Below, in pieces: positions 1-13,206 of a DNA stretch of 32,626 nt (position 1 is its first letter; each line of letters starts with the position of its first letter). The notes beneath the pieces are model-generated. The model saw only the letters and a program-made list of their open reading frames with translations. It ran no database searches and was not told the DNA's origin. Position numbers and translations under genes: made by a program. The DNA comes from Octopus sinensis (Eukaryota). Location: the NCBI RefSeq assembly GCF_006345805.1, contig NW_021829599.1, forward strand, positions 1 to 32,626, read 5' to 3'.

Positions 1-18
1 TACACACACACACACATA

Positions 19-53
<35 letters not shown>

Positions 54-235
54 GCTCATCTTTATTTTTTACTTGTACACACATATATGTATATATGTAT
101 ATATATATATATATATTATATATATATATATATATACACACTCATACATATACATACATACATAGACACATACATACATATATATGCATAAATACAAACA
201 CACACACACACACACATATATATATACACACACAT
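1..235. repeat. Compound (CA)n/(TA)n microsatellite
   Basis: Directly visible dinucleotide runs. Confidence 0.95.
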
Positions 236-659
236 TAACTAAGCTCCATTAAATAAGAACTGACGCAGAAATTGTCCCAAATGAATGCATACGGTTCTTG
301 AGAAGACCAATACTTAACAGAAAGCTTGCTCTGCAAAACCTTTTAGTATCCATAAATTCTAGAATCTCTTCAGATAAACATGTATGTAAATAAAAAAAAA
401 TGTTCTCTTTAGTTCAGTGTGTATAGACAAAGTGAAAGGGTAATGGGTCACATCTTTTAGTTTATGGATTCATAAACTTTTCTGGTGTTTCATTGGTTAC
501 GATAACAAAAGATTCACTTTGATACACTTATTTGACAAATTGATCATATGCTAATCACAACTTTAGTCAGGCTCCCATTCTGAACACATGCCCATCAAAT
601 ATATTTTGGTGGATCTTTCATCGGCATCTTTAGTCATTAGCTTTCTGTTTTAGTCAACA

Positions 660-984
660 GACTGTGGCCATAGTGGAGCACCATCTTGAAGAATTTTTAG
701 TTGAATGAATTGACTCCCACTTATTTTTTTCTTTTTTAAACCTATTGGACTTTTTCACCAAACAGCAAAGTTACAGGGACATAAACACACCAACACCGGT
801 TGTCAAGCAGTGGTGGAGGACAAACACAGACAGAAACACACACACACACACACACACACACTCAAGCACACTCAGACACACACATACACACACACTCACA
901 AAATGGTCTTCTTTCAGTTTGTGTCTACCAAAGATGCACCTATATATATATATATGCACCTATACATATATATATATGCACCTG

Positions 985-1018
<34 letters not shown>

Positions 1019-1245
1019 ATATACATACACCTATATATATATATATATATGCACCTATATATATATCACCTATATATATACGCACCTATATATATATATT
1101 ATATATAATATATATGGCACACACACACACACACATACAATGGTCTTCTTCCAGTTTTCATTTTCCAAATCCATTCACAAGGATTTGGGTTGGCCTAAGT
1201 AGAAGACACTTGCTCAAGGTGCCATTTAATTGAGGAATTGAGCCT
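660..1245 (-). mobile_element. tRNA-head SINE family A, degenerate copy with expanded internal microsatellite
   Basis: Reverse complement of the 1543-1990 element. 3' half at 660-840, 5'-half pieces at 893-935 and 1137-1245, separated by (CA)n/(TA)n. Confidence 0.7.
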
Positions 1246-1542
1246 GATTGAATAATTACCAGACTTTAAGAGAAAAAGAATTTCCAAGTACAGGGGGGCA
1301 GTCGGTTCAACTGAAACTCTTTAAGGTGGTGCCCCTGCATGGTCACAGTGTAAAGAAATGAAGCAAGTGAATGGTTAAAGATATAAAATGGGGTAGGTTA
1401 AACTTTGCTGTGGGTTTGTATGTTTGATGGGGATGTGGCTCCTGCATCCTTTCCCTTAAATAAGGGAACAAACAACAACAATGGGCAACAACAACGATAA
1501 CAACAACAGCAACAACAACAATGTCAACAAGAACAACAAGGC

Positions 1543-1990
1543 ACAGGAGTGGCTGCGTGATAAGTAGCTTGCTTACCAACCACATGGTTCCGGGTTCAGT
1601 CCCACTGCGTGGCACCATGGGAAAGTGTCTTCTACTATAGCCTCAGGCCAACCAAAGCCATGTGAGTAGATTTGGTAGACAGAAACTGAAAGAAGCCCGT
1701 CGTATGTATGTATATATATATATATATATATGTAAGTGTGTGTGTATATGTTTGTGTGTCTGTGTTTGTCCCCCCCCGCCCAACATTGCTTGACAACCGA
1801 TGTCGGTGTGTTTACGTCCCTGTAACTTAGCTGTTCGGCAAAAGAGGCCGATAGAATAAGTACTAGGCTTACAAAAGAATAAGTCCTGGGGCGGGGGGGG
1901 GGGTCGATATGCTTGACTAAAATGGTGGTGCTGCAGCATGGCCGCAGTCAAATGACTGAAACAAGTAAAAGAGTAAAAAAGAGAGAGAGT
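1543..1990 (+). mobile_element. tRNA-head SINE family A (octopus-type, ~450 bp)
   Basis: Head GGAGTGGCTG..GGTAAGTAG / GGTTCAGTCCC (Pol III A/B-box-like), internal (TA)(TG) tract, 3' hairpin CAGTCA-AA-TGACTG and (AAAAGAGT)n tail. At least 8 related copies in the window. Confidence 0.9.
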
Positions 1991-2335
1991 AAGAGTAACA
2001 ATGACGACGACGATAACAACAACAACAACAGCAGCAACAACTGCGGCACCAATTGTAAATTAAAGAAGTCAGTTTGTTTGAAAGCGGAACAAACAGGCAA
2101 AGAGATTCTACAGAGTCTATTGTTTTGATTCAAATGTAATAGGATTCGGGGTGGTGGGGTGGGGTGGTGGGGGGTGGTGAATGGTGGTGGTGGTGGTGGT
2201 GTTGAGAACGGTGTGGAATGACCAAAATAATAGAATTTTGGATTGGATGCTTTGGCATTATAATGGTCAAATGATTTAAGAATTAGCAACATGTCGTGAA
2301 TATTGGAGAAATAAAATGGAAATACAGAAAGCAAA

Positions 2336-2455
2336 ACAACAACAACAACAACAACAGTGGCAGCGTCGGCAGCAGTAGCAGTGGCAGCAGCAGCAGCAGC
2401 TGTAGTAGTGATGACAATGACAACAGCGACAACAAGCACAACAACAACAACAACC

Positions 2456-2486
<31 letters not shown>

Positions 2487-3230
2487 TCATCATTGCTGTC
2501 ACTATAACAATAACTGCAACAACATCAATGACTACCACAACCACCACCACTTCCACCATCTCGACCATGACCACCATCACCATCATCGTCATCATCATTG
2601 CCACCACAAAACACAACCACCGCCACCTACACCACCTCTACTACCACCACCATCATCATTGCTGTCACTATAACAATAACTACAACAACATCAATGACTA
2701 CCACAACCACCACCACCTCCACCACTACCAACCCCAATGCAAACATGACCACCACCACTTCCACCATCTCGACCACGACCACCATCACCATCATCGTCAT
2801 CATCACTGCCACCACAAAACACAACCACCGCCACCTACACAACTACCACCACCACCACCACAACCACCACCTCTACTACTACCACCACCATCATTGCTGT
2901 CACTATGACAATAACTACAACATCAATGACAACAACCACCACCTCCACCTCTACCACCGCCGCCGCCACAACCACTACCACCACCACTACTACCACCACC
3001 ACCACCACCACTACCACCACCACCACCACCACCGCCGCTGCCACAACTACTACCACTACGACTACCACCACCACAGCCACAACCGCTACCACCACCACTA
3101 CCACCACCACCACCACCACCACCACCAACACCACCCAAGCATGACAATGATGACCGCTCCAACCACAACCATCAACATCACGTCCATCGCAACAACCACA
3201 ACAACCATCAACAACATCAACAGCATCGAA
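2336..3230. repeat. Compound (AAC)/(CAG)/(CTA)/(CAC)/(CAT) trinucleotide array with ~170-240 bp higher-order repeats
   Basis: Block CATCATTGCTGTCACTATAACAATAACT..AACATCAATGAC recurs near 2490, 2654 and 2889. Confidence 0.9.
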
Positions 3231-4035
3231 ATAAACTGAATGGTGAAAATTTTCTGTTCAACCAATTGAGTTGGTAATAAATTGAGAAAATCGAAAATAA
3301 TCGCAAAATGGGAATCAATTCTAATTAAATGTCAGTCTTTGCAAACTTGAAACCTGGAATTGCCAAATTATTTTCTGTTTAAGTCTTTGAGGCTTTTGTA
3401 AATCAAATTCTTCAGCAGTTTCGAATTATAATGTTTTAAAAGAAATAAAGAAATTTCAACTTGTGTTTCCGATAAAAATGTTGGCAGCTATGTTCCATTG
3501 TGTTGTTCCAGAAATAAAACCAATATTTCTGAAATAGCAATCACTGTGGAAGCCTCTCATGAGGTTATTCAATCCTGCTGGAAATTGCAGCCAATTCTTT
3601 CCCTAATCACATAGGATTCTATCTATCTATCTATCTATCTATCTAAGGGAAGTTTTGTCTAGTGAATGTCTCAAAAAAAGATGGGCGAATGTAGCAAGGA
3701 TGGCACATGTGAATGACGGAGCCACCTTGAGCATAATCCTATGAACCAAAGAAAAAGAAAGGAAAAAGAGAGTCACTTACTGTAATATGTTTTTTTTTGC
3801 ATGACATTATTGTCCAAGGTTACCATGGTCTTTTCCATAGGCTTTTCTTTCCATGGATAAAACTAATCTGTTTCCCCCTTTTTGCATTGGCATTTCTGTG
3901 ATATGTGACCCCTATTGATTGGCTTTTTTTCCCCACGATTCCTTTTGATCAAAATTTGACCGACTTTTTTTGCTCTTCTTCTTCCCAAAAAGAAAAGCTC
4001 TACTTTGTATTTTGTCCCCTCTGTGTTCAGCCCTG

Positions 4036-4054
4036 TGTGGCCAATAAAGAAACA

Positions 4055-4145
<91 letters not shown>
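4036..4145. repeat. (ATCT)n tetranucleotide microsatellite
   Basis: Near-perfect run, directly visible. Confidence 0.95.
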
Positions 4146-4146
<1 letters not shown>

Positions 4147-4169
4147 CATCCATCTGTCTGACTTGCTAC

Positions 4170-4215
4170 CCTGGTCTGATGATGGGCGAGACCCAGAAAC
4201 ATGCATGTCTTCAGG
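4170..4215 (+). ncRNA. Candidate type I hammerhead ribozyme, intact core
   Basis: CCTGG-T CTGATGA(4176-82) TGGG-cgaga-CCCA GAAA(4196-99) CATGCATG TC| T-TCAGG. Stem II 4 bp, palindromic stem III ACATGCATGT, GUC triplet at 4207-09, stem I 5 bp. Confidence 0.75.
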
Positions 4216-4535
4216 TGCTAATCCTAGCTGGTGGCGGTGCTTGCCTCCCCTTTGCAATATAAGGACACAGAAATATGTCAAGCCAACAGGAAGCGTCGAT
4301 GCTCTAGGCTAAATAGCGGTGGTGTGATTCCCTTTACGGGACTGTCACGTTAAGTGACAGTATACAACGCATGTCAGCAGTGCTAATCCTAGCTGGTGGC
4401 GGTGCTTTCATCCTTTGCAATATAAGACACAGGAAATATGTCAAAGCCAACAGGAAGCGCGATGCTTCCTAGGGCTAAATAGTTGGTGGGATTTCCTCTT
4501 TACGGGACGGTCCACTTAAGTTGACAGTATACAAC
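4203..4535 (+). repeat. Two-copy ~167-bp tandem repeat starting at the hammerhead cleavage site
   Basis: Unit 1 4203-4368 and unit 2 4369-4535 both begin GCATGTC and end GTATACAAC. They differ mainly by 1-nt indels. Confidence 0.9.
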
Positions 4536-4595
4536 CACTATATGGCCCCACCACCGCTCATGTCTCTCTGAGACATTTAGAAATTCAATATTTCT

Positions 4596-4627
<32 letters not shown>

Positions 4628-4829
4628 TTAAATAATAAGAGTAAAAAATTGAATATTAATTTGATTAATATCAATTTAAAACCAGTAGCCTAGCATATTG
4701 AAAAATCTGAAGAGTCAGAAAAACTTTATTACATACATATCAGAGGGATGACCAGTAAGTGGACATCTATGGTCAGACCACTAAGAAAGATTTGTCTCAA
4801 GAAAATTCAGCAAAAAATAGTCATCCCTC

Positions 4830-4875
<46 letters not shown>

Positions 4876-4895
4876 TGTTTATGTATGTATGTATG

Positions 4896-4931
<36 letters not shown>

Positions 4932-4934
4932 TTA

Positions 4935-5112
4935 TATATATATATATATTATATGTCGGGCTTCTTTCAGTTTCCATCTACCAAACCCACTCATAAGGCT
5001 TTGTCAGCTCAAGGCCAAAGTAGAAAATGCTTGTTCAACAGTTCCATGCCATGGGAATGAACCCGGAACCATATGGTTGAGAAGCAAGCTTTTTACCCAC
5101 ACAGCCACACAT
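4935..5112 (-). mobile_element. SINE family A 5' half
   Basis: GGGCTTCTTTCAGTTTCC..GAACCCGGAACCATATGG..CACACAGCCAC is the reverse complement of the family A head. Confidence 0.75.
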
Positions 5113-5409
5113 GCATCTATATTTATTTAAAGAATCTCAGAAAATCTTTGGAATGTCTTACAAACCTTCTTTGTGCTGCTAATAGAGTGAATTTGAAAGG
5201 TGCTCATCCACTATTTTTGCTCATTCTTAGAAAAGCCCAACATATATAGGTTTTTCTGCAAGTCCATTGATCCATAGCCTAGTGCACATATGATGATAGG
5301 ATCAAACACTTTATTAGAGCATCTAATAAAATGTGTAGCTGTATTAATTCCAGCTCCCTATACGTTTTGAGGCTAACTTTGCTTTTCATATTTCTAAGTG
5401 TTAATGTGG

Positions 5410-5515
5410 GACCGAGGTGGCAGAATTATTAGCACACTGGACAAAATGCATTGAAGTTTTCTTCTGATTTTAGGTTGTGTGTTCAAATCCTGCTGAGGAT
5501 GACTTTGCCTTTGCA
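5410..5515 (+). mobile_element. SINE family B head fragment
   Basis: GGCAGAATTATTAGCAC..GTTCAAATCC..GACTTTGCCTTT matches copies at 18430 and 18915-19160. Confidence 0.6.
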
Positions 5516-5782
5516 GTAATATTCACATTAAAAGGTGACCCTTGCAGCAATACTTACAATGAAATGACAAGGTTAAAATAAAAAAAACACCATATATATA
5601 TATATATGTATTATATAGTATATATATATATATAGATATATATATATATATAATATATATATATACCGGAGTAAACACATAAATGTGAAACACCGGGAAA
5701 AAAGAGTACTCAAATACCAGGGTAGGTAGAGTAATATACTTTATTTAAAAGCAGCAGAAATTCACAAAACCTTTTACTCGGA

Positions 5783-5826
<44 letters not shown>

Positions 5827-5984
5827 TATCACAAACTTATGACTGATGACGGAAAACTCTAATGATCAAATTCTGTTGATTAAATTTGCATAAATAAAAG
5901 TCACTAATAATGAAAGAGGTAAGAGAGAAGATAACATAGTTTAATATCCTGATAATGAGGCTCTGGTAGTCTGGATATGTTGAT

Positions 5985-6825
5985 GCAAATGTAAATGTAC
6001 CACCATGCATTTTGGGAGGAGAAACCCAGCGTCCACCTACTCCCTCCACCACACTAATCTCAAAAAGTCTTCATGTGAACATGACCTGGGTGTTATTGTC
6101 GACAGTGATTTGCGTTGGACAAAACACATCGCTAAAATTGTCAAGAAGGCTGAGGGTGTCTTGGCATCACTCACCAAATCCTTTGTGAGCCGCTCTCCGA
6201 CTATCTATCTGTGGCTTTATATAGCTATGGTAAGACCTCACCTGGAATTTGCATCACCGATCTGGAACCCCTATCTTGCCCAGGATATCAATCGTCTGGA
6301 AGCCATTCAGTGATGTGCAACCAAAAGACTACCCTCCATCAGGCATTTGCCATATCCTGAACGCCTTACTTCCCTGGGCATGGACACATTGAAACTCCGA
6401 CATCTGGCAGCTGACTTGGCAGACGCCCATAAAATTATCAACCATCTTACAAACAATAACACTGAGCACCTTTTCAAACTCCACCTGTCTAACACCCGTG
6501 GACATATTTACAAAGTCAGAAAACAGCACAGCTCCCATGACTTTAGGAAACATTTTTTCACGCTGAGAGTTGCTGAAGCATGGAACAAACTGCCGGCATC
6601 AGTTGTTAGTTGTCGGAGCACTGCATCCTTCAAAACTTCCATGCTTCCTGAGATTCGCCAACACTACACCTGATTTTCTCCCCTCCATACACACATACAC
6701 AATGACTCATACATTGTTCACTTTCCAGACATTTGTACATTACTGCATATACTCTATATGCACTTTCTGACAAGTTGTGGTGCACCTGAGCACTGTATAC
6801 AATAATTTCATCATTATTATTTAAT
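5985..6825 (+). mobile_element. 5'-truncated CR1/L2-group LINE (ORF2 C-terminus and 3' UTR), inactive
   Basis: Frame 6005-6673 reads DLGVIVDSDL..VRPHLEFASPIWNPY..LEAIQ*CATK..YPERL..TRGH..KHFFTLRVAEAWNKLP, typical CR1 post-RT motifs. One in-frame TGA at 6311-13. Confidence 0.92.
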
Positions 6826-7199
6826 GGTTTTAAAAACATTCGCAGGACACTTATAGATTGGTTTCATAAAGCATATGAGAAATTCCAAATTAAGCTGGAA
6901 CATAATAGTATTTTAATATAACACACACACATACACAAATATATACATACATATATACATGTACATGTATATGTAAATGGGTGTATAAAACGAAAGTAAT
7001 ACAGAAATGAAGATAAATCCTTAAGTGTTCACCTGAGTTATCTCCCCACTCCCATAATGCACCTGACTGTTTGTATAATTCCTATTTCCATTCACAATGT
7101 ACATAAATTGTTTAATAAGGTTTCATGACCAATATTACGTCACTTTGACATAATTTTATGGAACAAGTTATAGGAAATCTAGTTGATTGTATCATATTC

Positions 7200-7287
7200 T
7201 ACAGCATACACATACACACATACGCACATAGGCACACACACAAACACACTCACACATACATACACAGCTTTAGAGAAATATATATAT

Positions 7288-7325
<38 letters not shown>

Positions 7326-7430
7326 CATATGTATGTATATATATATACGTACATATATATATATATACATATATACATACATATATGCATACATACATAT
7401 ATATATATACATATATATATACATATATGC

Positions 7431-7500
<70 letters not shown>

Positions 7501-7803
7501 ATATATATATATCTATACACATACATGCATACATGTACATATATTCAGACATATCTACATATACACACACACATTTGTGTGTGTGAAATTATATGTGAAT
7601 GCATATATGTACATATCTATAAATATGTTTGTATCTGCATATATATATGTGTAGATTTGTATATCTGGCATGCACACAAATACATACGCATATATGCCTA
7701 TATACATTAATATATACATACATATATATCTAAGTGTGTATGTGTGTGCGTATGTATGTATATATATATATTTCTGTATGTATATATAATATATATATAT
7801 CTA

Positions 7804-7846
<43 letters not shown>

Positions 7847-8059
7847 TATATATAATATATATATGATATATATTATATATATATTATATATATATATTAT
7901 ATATAATATATATATATATATATATATTAAATATATATATATATATATAGTGAGAGAGAGATATATAATATATACAACTCATGTATATATTATTATTACA
8001 TATATGCATGTATATATGTTATGTGCATGTGTGTGTGTGTATGTATGTATATATATATA

Positions 8060-8102
<43 letters not shown>

Positions 8103-8200
8103 CATGCACTAATAAATATATCCATGCTCATATGCATATAGACATACATATATACATATATGCACATATATGTGTATATATATATGTATGTGTGTGCATA
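7200..8200. repeat. Compound (TA)n/(CA)n/(ATCT)n microsatellite field
   Basis: Directly visible. It generates the Y/I-rich ORFs. Confidence 0.9.
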
Positions 8201-8394
8201 TATGCATGTGTACCTATAAACGTACACACACTCACACATATCTATATAAAAGGTTGGCTTCAAACAGGAATTAATAGTCAATTATCAAAAGAATAATATT
8301 ACAAATTTCAGTCTTTGATTTTCACAGACTGATTACTTGATCTAATGACATTAATCAGGTGGAGATATAGTATACAATAATAACAGGAGAGAGA

Positions 8395-8760
<366 letters not shown>

Positions 8761-9099
8761 ATAGGTAGATATGTATATAGATATATTATTATTAGATGAA
8801 TAGGTGTTAGATAAATAGATAGTTTGATAAACAGATACGTAAAGATAGATTTAGATAGATATATAGATGAATGGATGGATGGATAGTTATGGATAGAGAA
8901 ATAGGAAACAGTGTAAGATAGATAGATACATACATACATACATACATATATGTATGTATATATGTAAATATATATATGTGTGTATGTGTGTATGTGTGTG
9001 AGTGTGTGTGTGTGTACTTGTACATGCAGAGAGAGAGTGCAAGATGGTGAGGGAAACTGAGAGACAGAGGCTGATAGAAAGTGACAGAGTGGACTTATA

Positions 9100-9311
9100 A
9101 GAGGGAAAGAAAAAGAGTGAAACATACAGAGAGGGAAAGAGAGAGAGACACAAACACAAAGACAGAGGGGGAGAGAGAGAGAGTGAGTGCAGCAGAGATA
9201 TGGATGAACACAGCGAGGGGGAAGAAAAGAGACTCACAGATGACCAGAAGAAGAGAGAGAGCAGGACGAAGAGAGTGAGAGAGATAAAGACAGACAGAAA
9301 GAGGCGAGAGA

Positions 9312-9355
<44 letters not shown>

Positions 9356-10430
9356 CAGATATTGGTATAGTGAGGGTAGAGTTATTGATCCCGTGGTAAA
9401 CAGTTTATGATCGATTTGGAAATATGTTGAAAGCAGATGGCAAAGAATAGAATCAGAATTTATTGTGTATGTTTGATTTGGGTGTGTGTGTGTGTTTGTG
9501 TATTTGTGTGTGTGTGTATGTGTGTGTGTATGTGTGTATGTATGTGTGTATGTATGTGTGTGTATGAGTGTCTGTGTGTGTATGTGTGTGTGTATGTGTG
9601 TGTGTGTGTATGTGTGTGTGTATGTGTGTGTATGTGTGTGTATGTGTATGTGTGTGTATGTGTGTGTATGTGTGTGTATGTGTGTATGTTTGTGCGTTTG
9701 CGTGTGTGTGTGTGTGTGTGTACGTGTGTGTGTGTGTACGTGTGTGTGTGAGGTTTTGTTTTGTTTATCTTGGTCTTGTCCTTATTGCTGTCTAAGATAA
9801 TGAGGTCTAGAAATATTTGATAGTGAAAGTAACAGTTCTGTGGGTGGTAGAAGGGGCGAGGCAGGGGGAGGGGGATGGAGGTGATAGTAGTGTGAAGGGG
9901 GTGTGGCGAGAGGGAAGAGGGAAGAGGCACCATTAATAATTGGAAAAGAGAAAAAAAAAACAAAAAAAAAAAACAAAATGAAAGCAAAAACAACAAACAT
10001 CATTTGTTGTTCTACTGTTTTCCTTCTTTGCTCTTGAAGAAGGAAGGGAGGAGGAGGAGGACGGTGCTGGGGTGTGGAAGGTTGGTGAGGTGTAGTGAAT
10101 GAAGTAAGGTACACAGACAGGGGTGGCAAATATGGGGTGGCCCCAAGACAAAAGGAAAACAGACAAGAAAGAAAAGAGGAACAAAACAGAAAGGTTTGTA
10201 AGATCAAGGAGTATGAGGAGGATGGGGAAGAGGTCGAAGTGGAAGAGGATGAGGATTAGGATGATGGGGAGGAGGAGAATGAGAAGGAAGATAGGGTTGA
10301 AGATGAGGAGGAGGAGGGAGATGAGGATAAGAAGAAGGAAGGGAGATGAGGATAAGGAGGAGGAGGATAAAGACGGAGAGATGGAAGGGAGGCGAGGAAA
10401 AGGAGGCAGGTAGGGGTGTAGAAGTGGGGG
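9100..10430. repeat. (GA)n, (TG)n and GGA-rich low-complexity tracts
   Basis: (GA)n ~9310-9350, (TG)n-(TATG) 9483-9750, purine-rich GGA tract ~10200-10430. Confidence 0.85.
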
Positions 10431-10739
10431 AGTCAATGGGAAAACAACAAAATATTCTGTTGCTCCCCCCTCACCGGACTCCCCCCTCTGCACAAAAGGC
10501 CTCCCCCACTAAAATATTTGGGTCAACAGCATAAGAGTTTATATCTTACGTGTGTGCATGCGTGCGCATGCGCGCATGTGTGTGTGTGTGTGTGTGAGGT
10601 GCAATAACTTTGTGGAGGCCATTATGAGTCGTGTTATATATTAAAGATTGATACATTAACAACAATAACAGCAACAGCAACAAGAACAATTATAAGTATG
10701 ATAATAGTAACAATAGCAGCAATAACAAGAACAATAATA

Positions 10740-10748
10740 AAAGTAGTA

Positions 10749-10793
<45 letters not shown>

Positions 10794-11141
10794 TATATGA
10801 TAATACTAATAATATATAAGAATAATAATAATCATAATAATAATAATAATACAATAATAATATAATCTATTAATAATAATATATGTGCTAATAATAATAA
10901 TAATAATATAATTTAAAAATAATAATAATAATAAAATAAAACAAAATAATAATAATTAATAATAATAATAATAAAATAATAATATAATGATATAAGACTA
11001 ATAATAATAATAATAATAATATAATAATATTAATAATAATAATAAAATAATAATGATAATAATAATAATAATAATACACAATAATAATAATAATAATAGC
11101 AATAATATAATAATAATAATAATAGCAATAGTAATAATAGC

Positions 11142-11184
<43 letters not shown>

Positions 11185-11186
11185 GC

Positions 11187-11223
<37 letters not shown>

Positions 11224-11711
11224 TAATAATAATAATAATGATAATAATAATAATAGTATAATAACAACAAAAACAACAATAATAATAATAATAACAATAA
11301 TAATAATAACAGTAATTATTATTACAATTGTTATGATTATTATTATTACTGTTATTATTATTAGTTGTTGTTGTTGTTGTTGTTGCTGCTGTTTAATATA
11401 TTTTGTTTTTATTTTCATTGTTTCTTTGTTTGACATTGTCATACCATCGTTGTTGGTGTACTGGCTGATGACAACAACACACTAAAAACAATCATAACAA
11501 TTATAATTATTATAACAACAACTAGAGCAACAACAACAACAACAATGATAACAGAAATTGTAATGATCAGAGTTATTTTTATTATTATTATTATTGTTGT
11601 TGTTGTTGTTGATGCTGTTGCTGTTATTATTATTATCATTATTATTATTGTTGCTGTTATTATTATTATAATAATAATGATTATTATAATAATCATTATT
11701 ATTATTATTGC

Positions 11712-11782
<71 letters not shown>

Positions 11783-11945
11783 TTATTATTATTTTTATTA
11801 TTATTATTATTATGCTATTATCATTATATTATTATTATTATTATTATTATTGCTATTATTATTATTATTATCATTATTATCATTATTATTATTATCATTA
11901 TTATTATTAACATTATTATTATTTTTGTTACTATTATTATTATTG
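10740..11945. repeat. (AAT)n switching to (ATT)n/(GTT)n trinucleotide array
   Basis: Directly visible, with a strand switch near 11320. Confidence 0.95.
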
Positions 11946-12420
11946 AGTGAGAGAGCAGTTCATGCCATCAAAGTGACACTGGGTAAAATATACGAAGCCC
12001 AATATACCCATCATGACTACCCGTTTGATAAAGGTACACCAGGCACATGCATCACAACCATATGTGCGCGACATGGTGATCTCATATCAAGATAAACAGC
12101 ACATGACCTTGCAGGTGGGGCCCGTTAGAATTTTCTTCAGTTGAGTAGCCCATCCTGCTCAAACGGTCCCTGAATAAGGGTGTTTAAGGATGTTGAAAGA
12201 ACCACCCATGTTTCCAGAGGTGAACTATTCAAACCCCAAAGAATCCCTCTCACACATGGCTATGATGCTCCCCCACTACTTCTGCTCGTGATCAGAGATG
12301 CACATATCATCAGCCACTAAGGGACATGCTCAACTGGCTAAGGTCAAACAACTGACAAGCAAAACTGTGGTATTGAGCAGAATATTTGCTGTAGCCCATC
12401 TTTTATACCAAGAAAAAACA
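11945..12420 (-). mobile_element. Non-coding retroposon (LINE 3' UTR or SINE) with (AAT)n tail, embedded in an (AAT)n array
   Basis: Minus strand ends ..GAACTGCTCTCTCACTC-AATAATAAT and the other flank is the same repeat in the same orientation. I recall this sequence as a high-copy octopus repeat. Clade not determined. Confidence 0.65.
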
Positions 12421-12519
<99 letters not shown>

Positions 12520-12736
12520 ATTATTATTATTATTATACTATTATTATTATTATTATTATTATTTTCATTATTATTATTATTATTATTAACATTATTATTA
12601 TTATTATTATTATTATTTTCATTATTATTATTATTATTATTAACATTATTATTATTATTATTATTATTATTATACTATTATTATTATTATTATCATTATT
12701 ATTGTTGTTGTTGTTGTTGTTGTTGTTGTTATTTTA

Positions 12737-12772
<36 letters not shown>

Positions 12773-12822
12773 GATTATTATTATTATTATTATTATTAAT
12801 ATTATTATTATTATTATTAATT
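12421..12822. repeat. (ATT)n array
   Basis: Directly visible. Confidence 0.95.
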
Positions 12823-13206
12823 AGCTTAGAAGAATTAAATGCTTCAGACTCAAAAAGGGGGAAGAAAAAAAGAAAGGAGGAAGGATTGGTTCGTGGTGTG
12901 TGTTTGTTAACAAGGAGAGACGTTTGTAAAAGAGTTGGTTGACATGGTTTATGCTATTGATTGGTTAGCGAGTGCTACAACACAGACAGACACTTGGTTA
13001 AGTGACAGGGCGAAGGGGAAGGTGGTGGTGGTCTTGGTGCTGGTGGTGATGGTAAGTGGAATGCAGTTTCAAACACCTGGTCTGACTGGAAATGCTTTCC
13101 TCAGTTGCTTTTATATGTTATTTATGTCTTTTAATAATTCTTTAGGGAAAACAGGCTGCTTGCTCTCATACGTGCATAAACTATTAACTTCCTCTTCATA
13201 TTTACA

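Noticed and set aside
255-450. Possible host exon(s): RTDAEIVPNECIRFLRRP.. ending at GTATGT, and an acceptor at ~412
   Set aside because: Weak acceptor, implied intron only ~33 nt, no recognisable protein and no partner exons.
1543-1620. tRNA gene calls for SINE heads (also 15662, 17325, 23688)
   Set aside because: A/B-box-like motifs only. I could not build a cloverleaf, and each continues into SINE body sequence.
745-3239. Long ORFs rich in H/T/Y/V (e.g. 1948-2616, 2357-2908, 2598-3239)
   Set aside because: Translations of trinucleotide arrays, open in several frames on both strands, with no domain-like sequence.
3770-3870. Minus-strand donor CAG|GTAAGT-like site at ~3780
   Set aside because: No polypyrimidine acceptor and no sensible reading frame upstream.
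4707-4730. CTGAAGA GTCA GAAA
   Set aside because: No stem II or stem I, so a chance hit.
5845-5870. CTGATGA CG GAAA
   Set aside because: Stem II absent and no stem I.
9933-10493. RS/E-rich and hydrophobic ORFs
   Set aside because: GGA/GA low-complexity tract.
12280-12320. Minus-strand CTGATGA in the (AAT)-tailed retroposon
   Set aside because: Followed by GAAG, with no consistent helices.
12880-13060. GATG|GTAAGT donor and two reverse CCAAT boxes
   Set aside because: Isolated short motifs expected by chance, with no acceptor or frame support.
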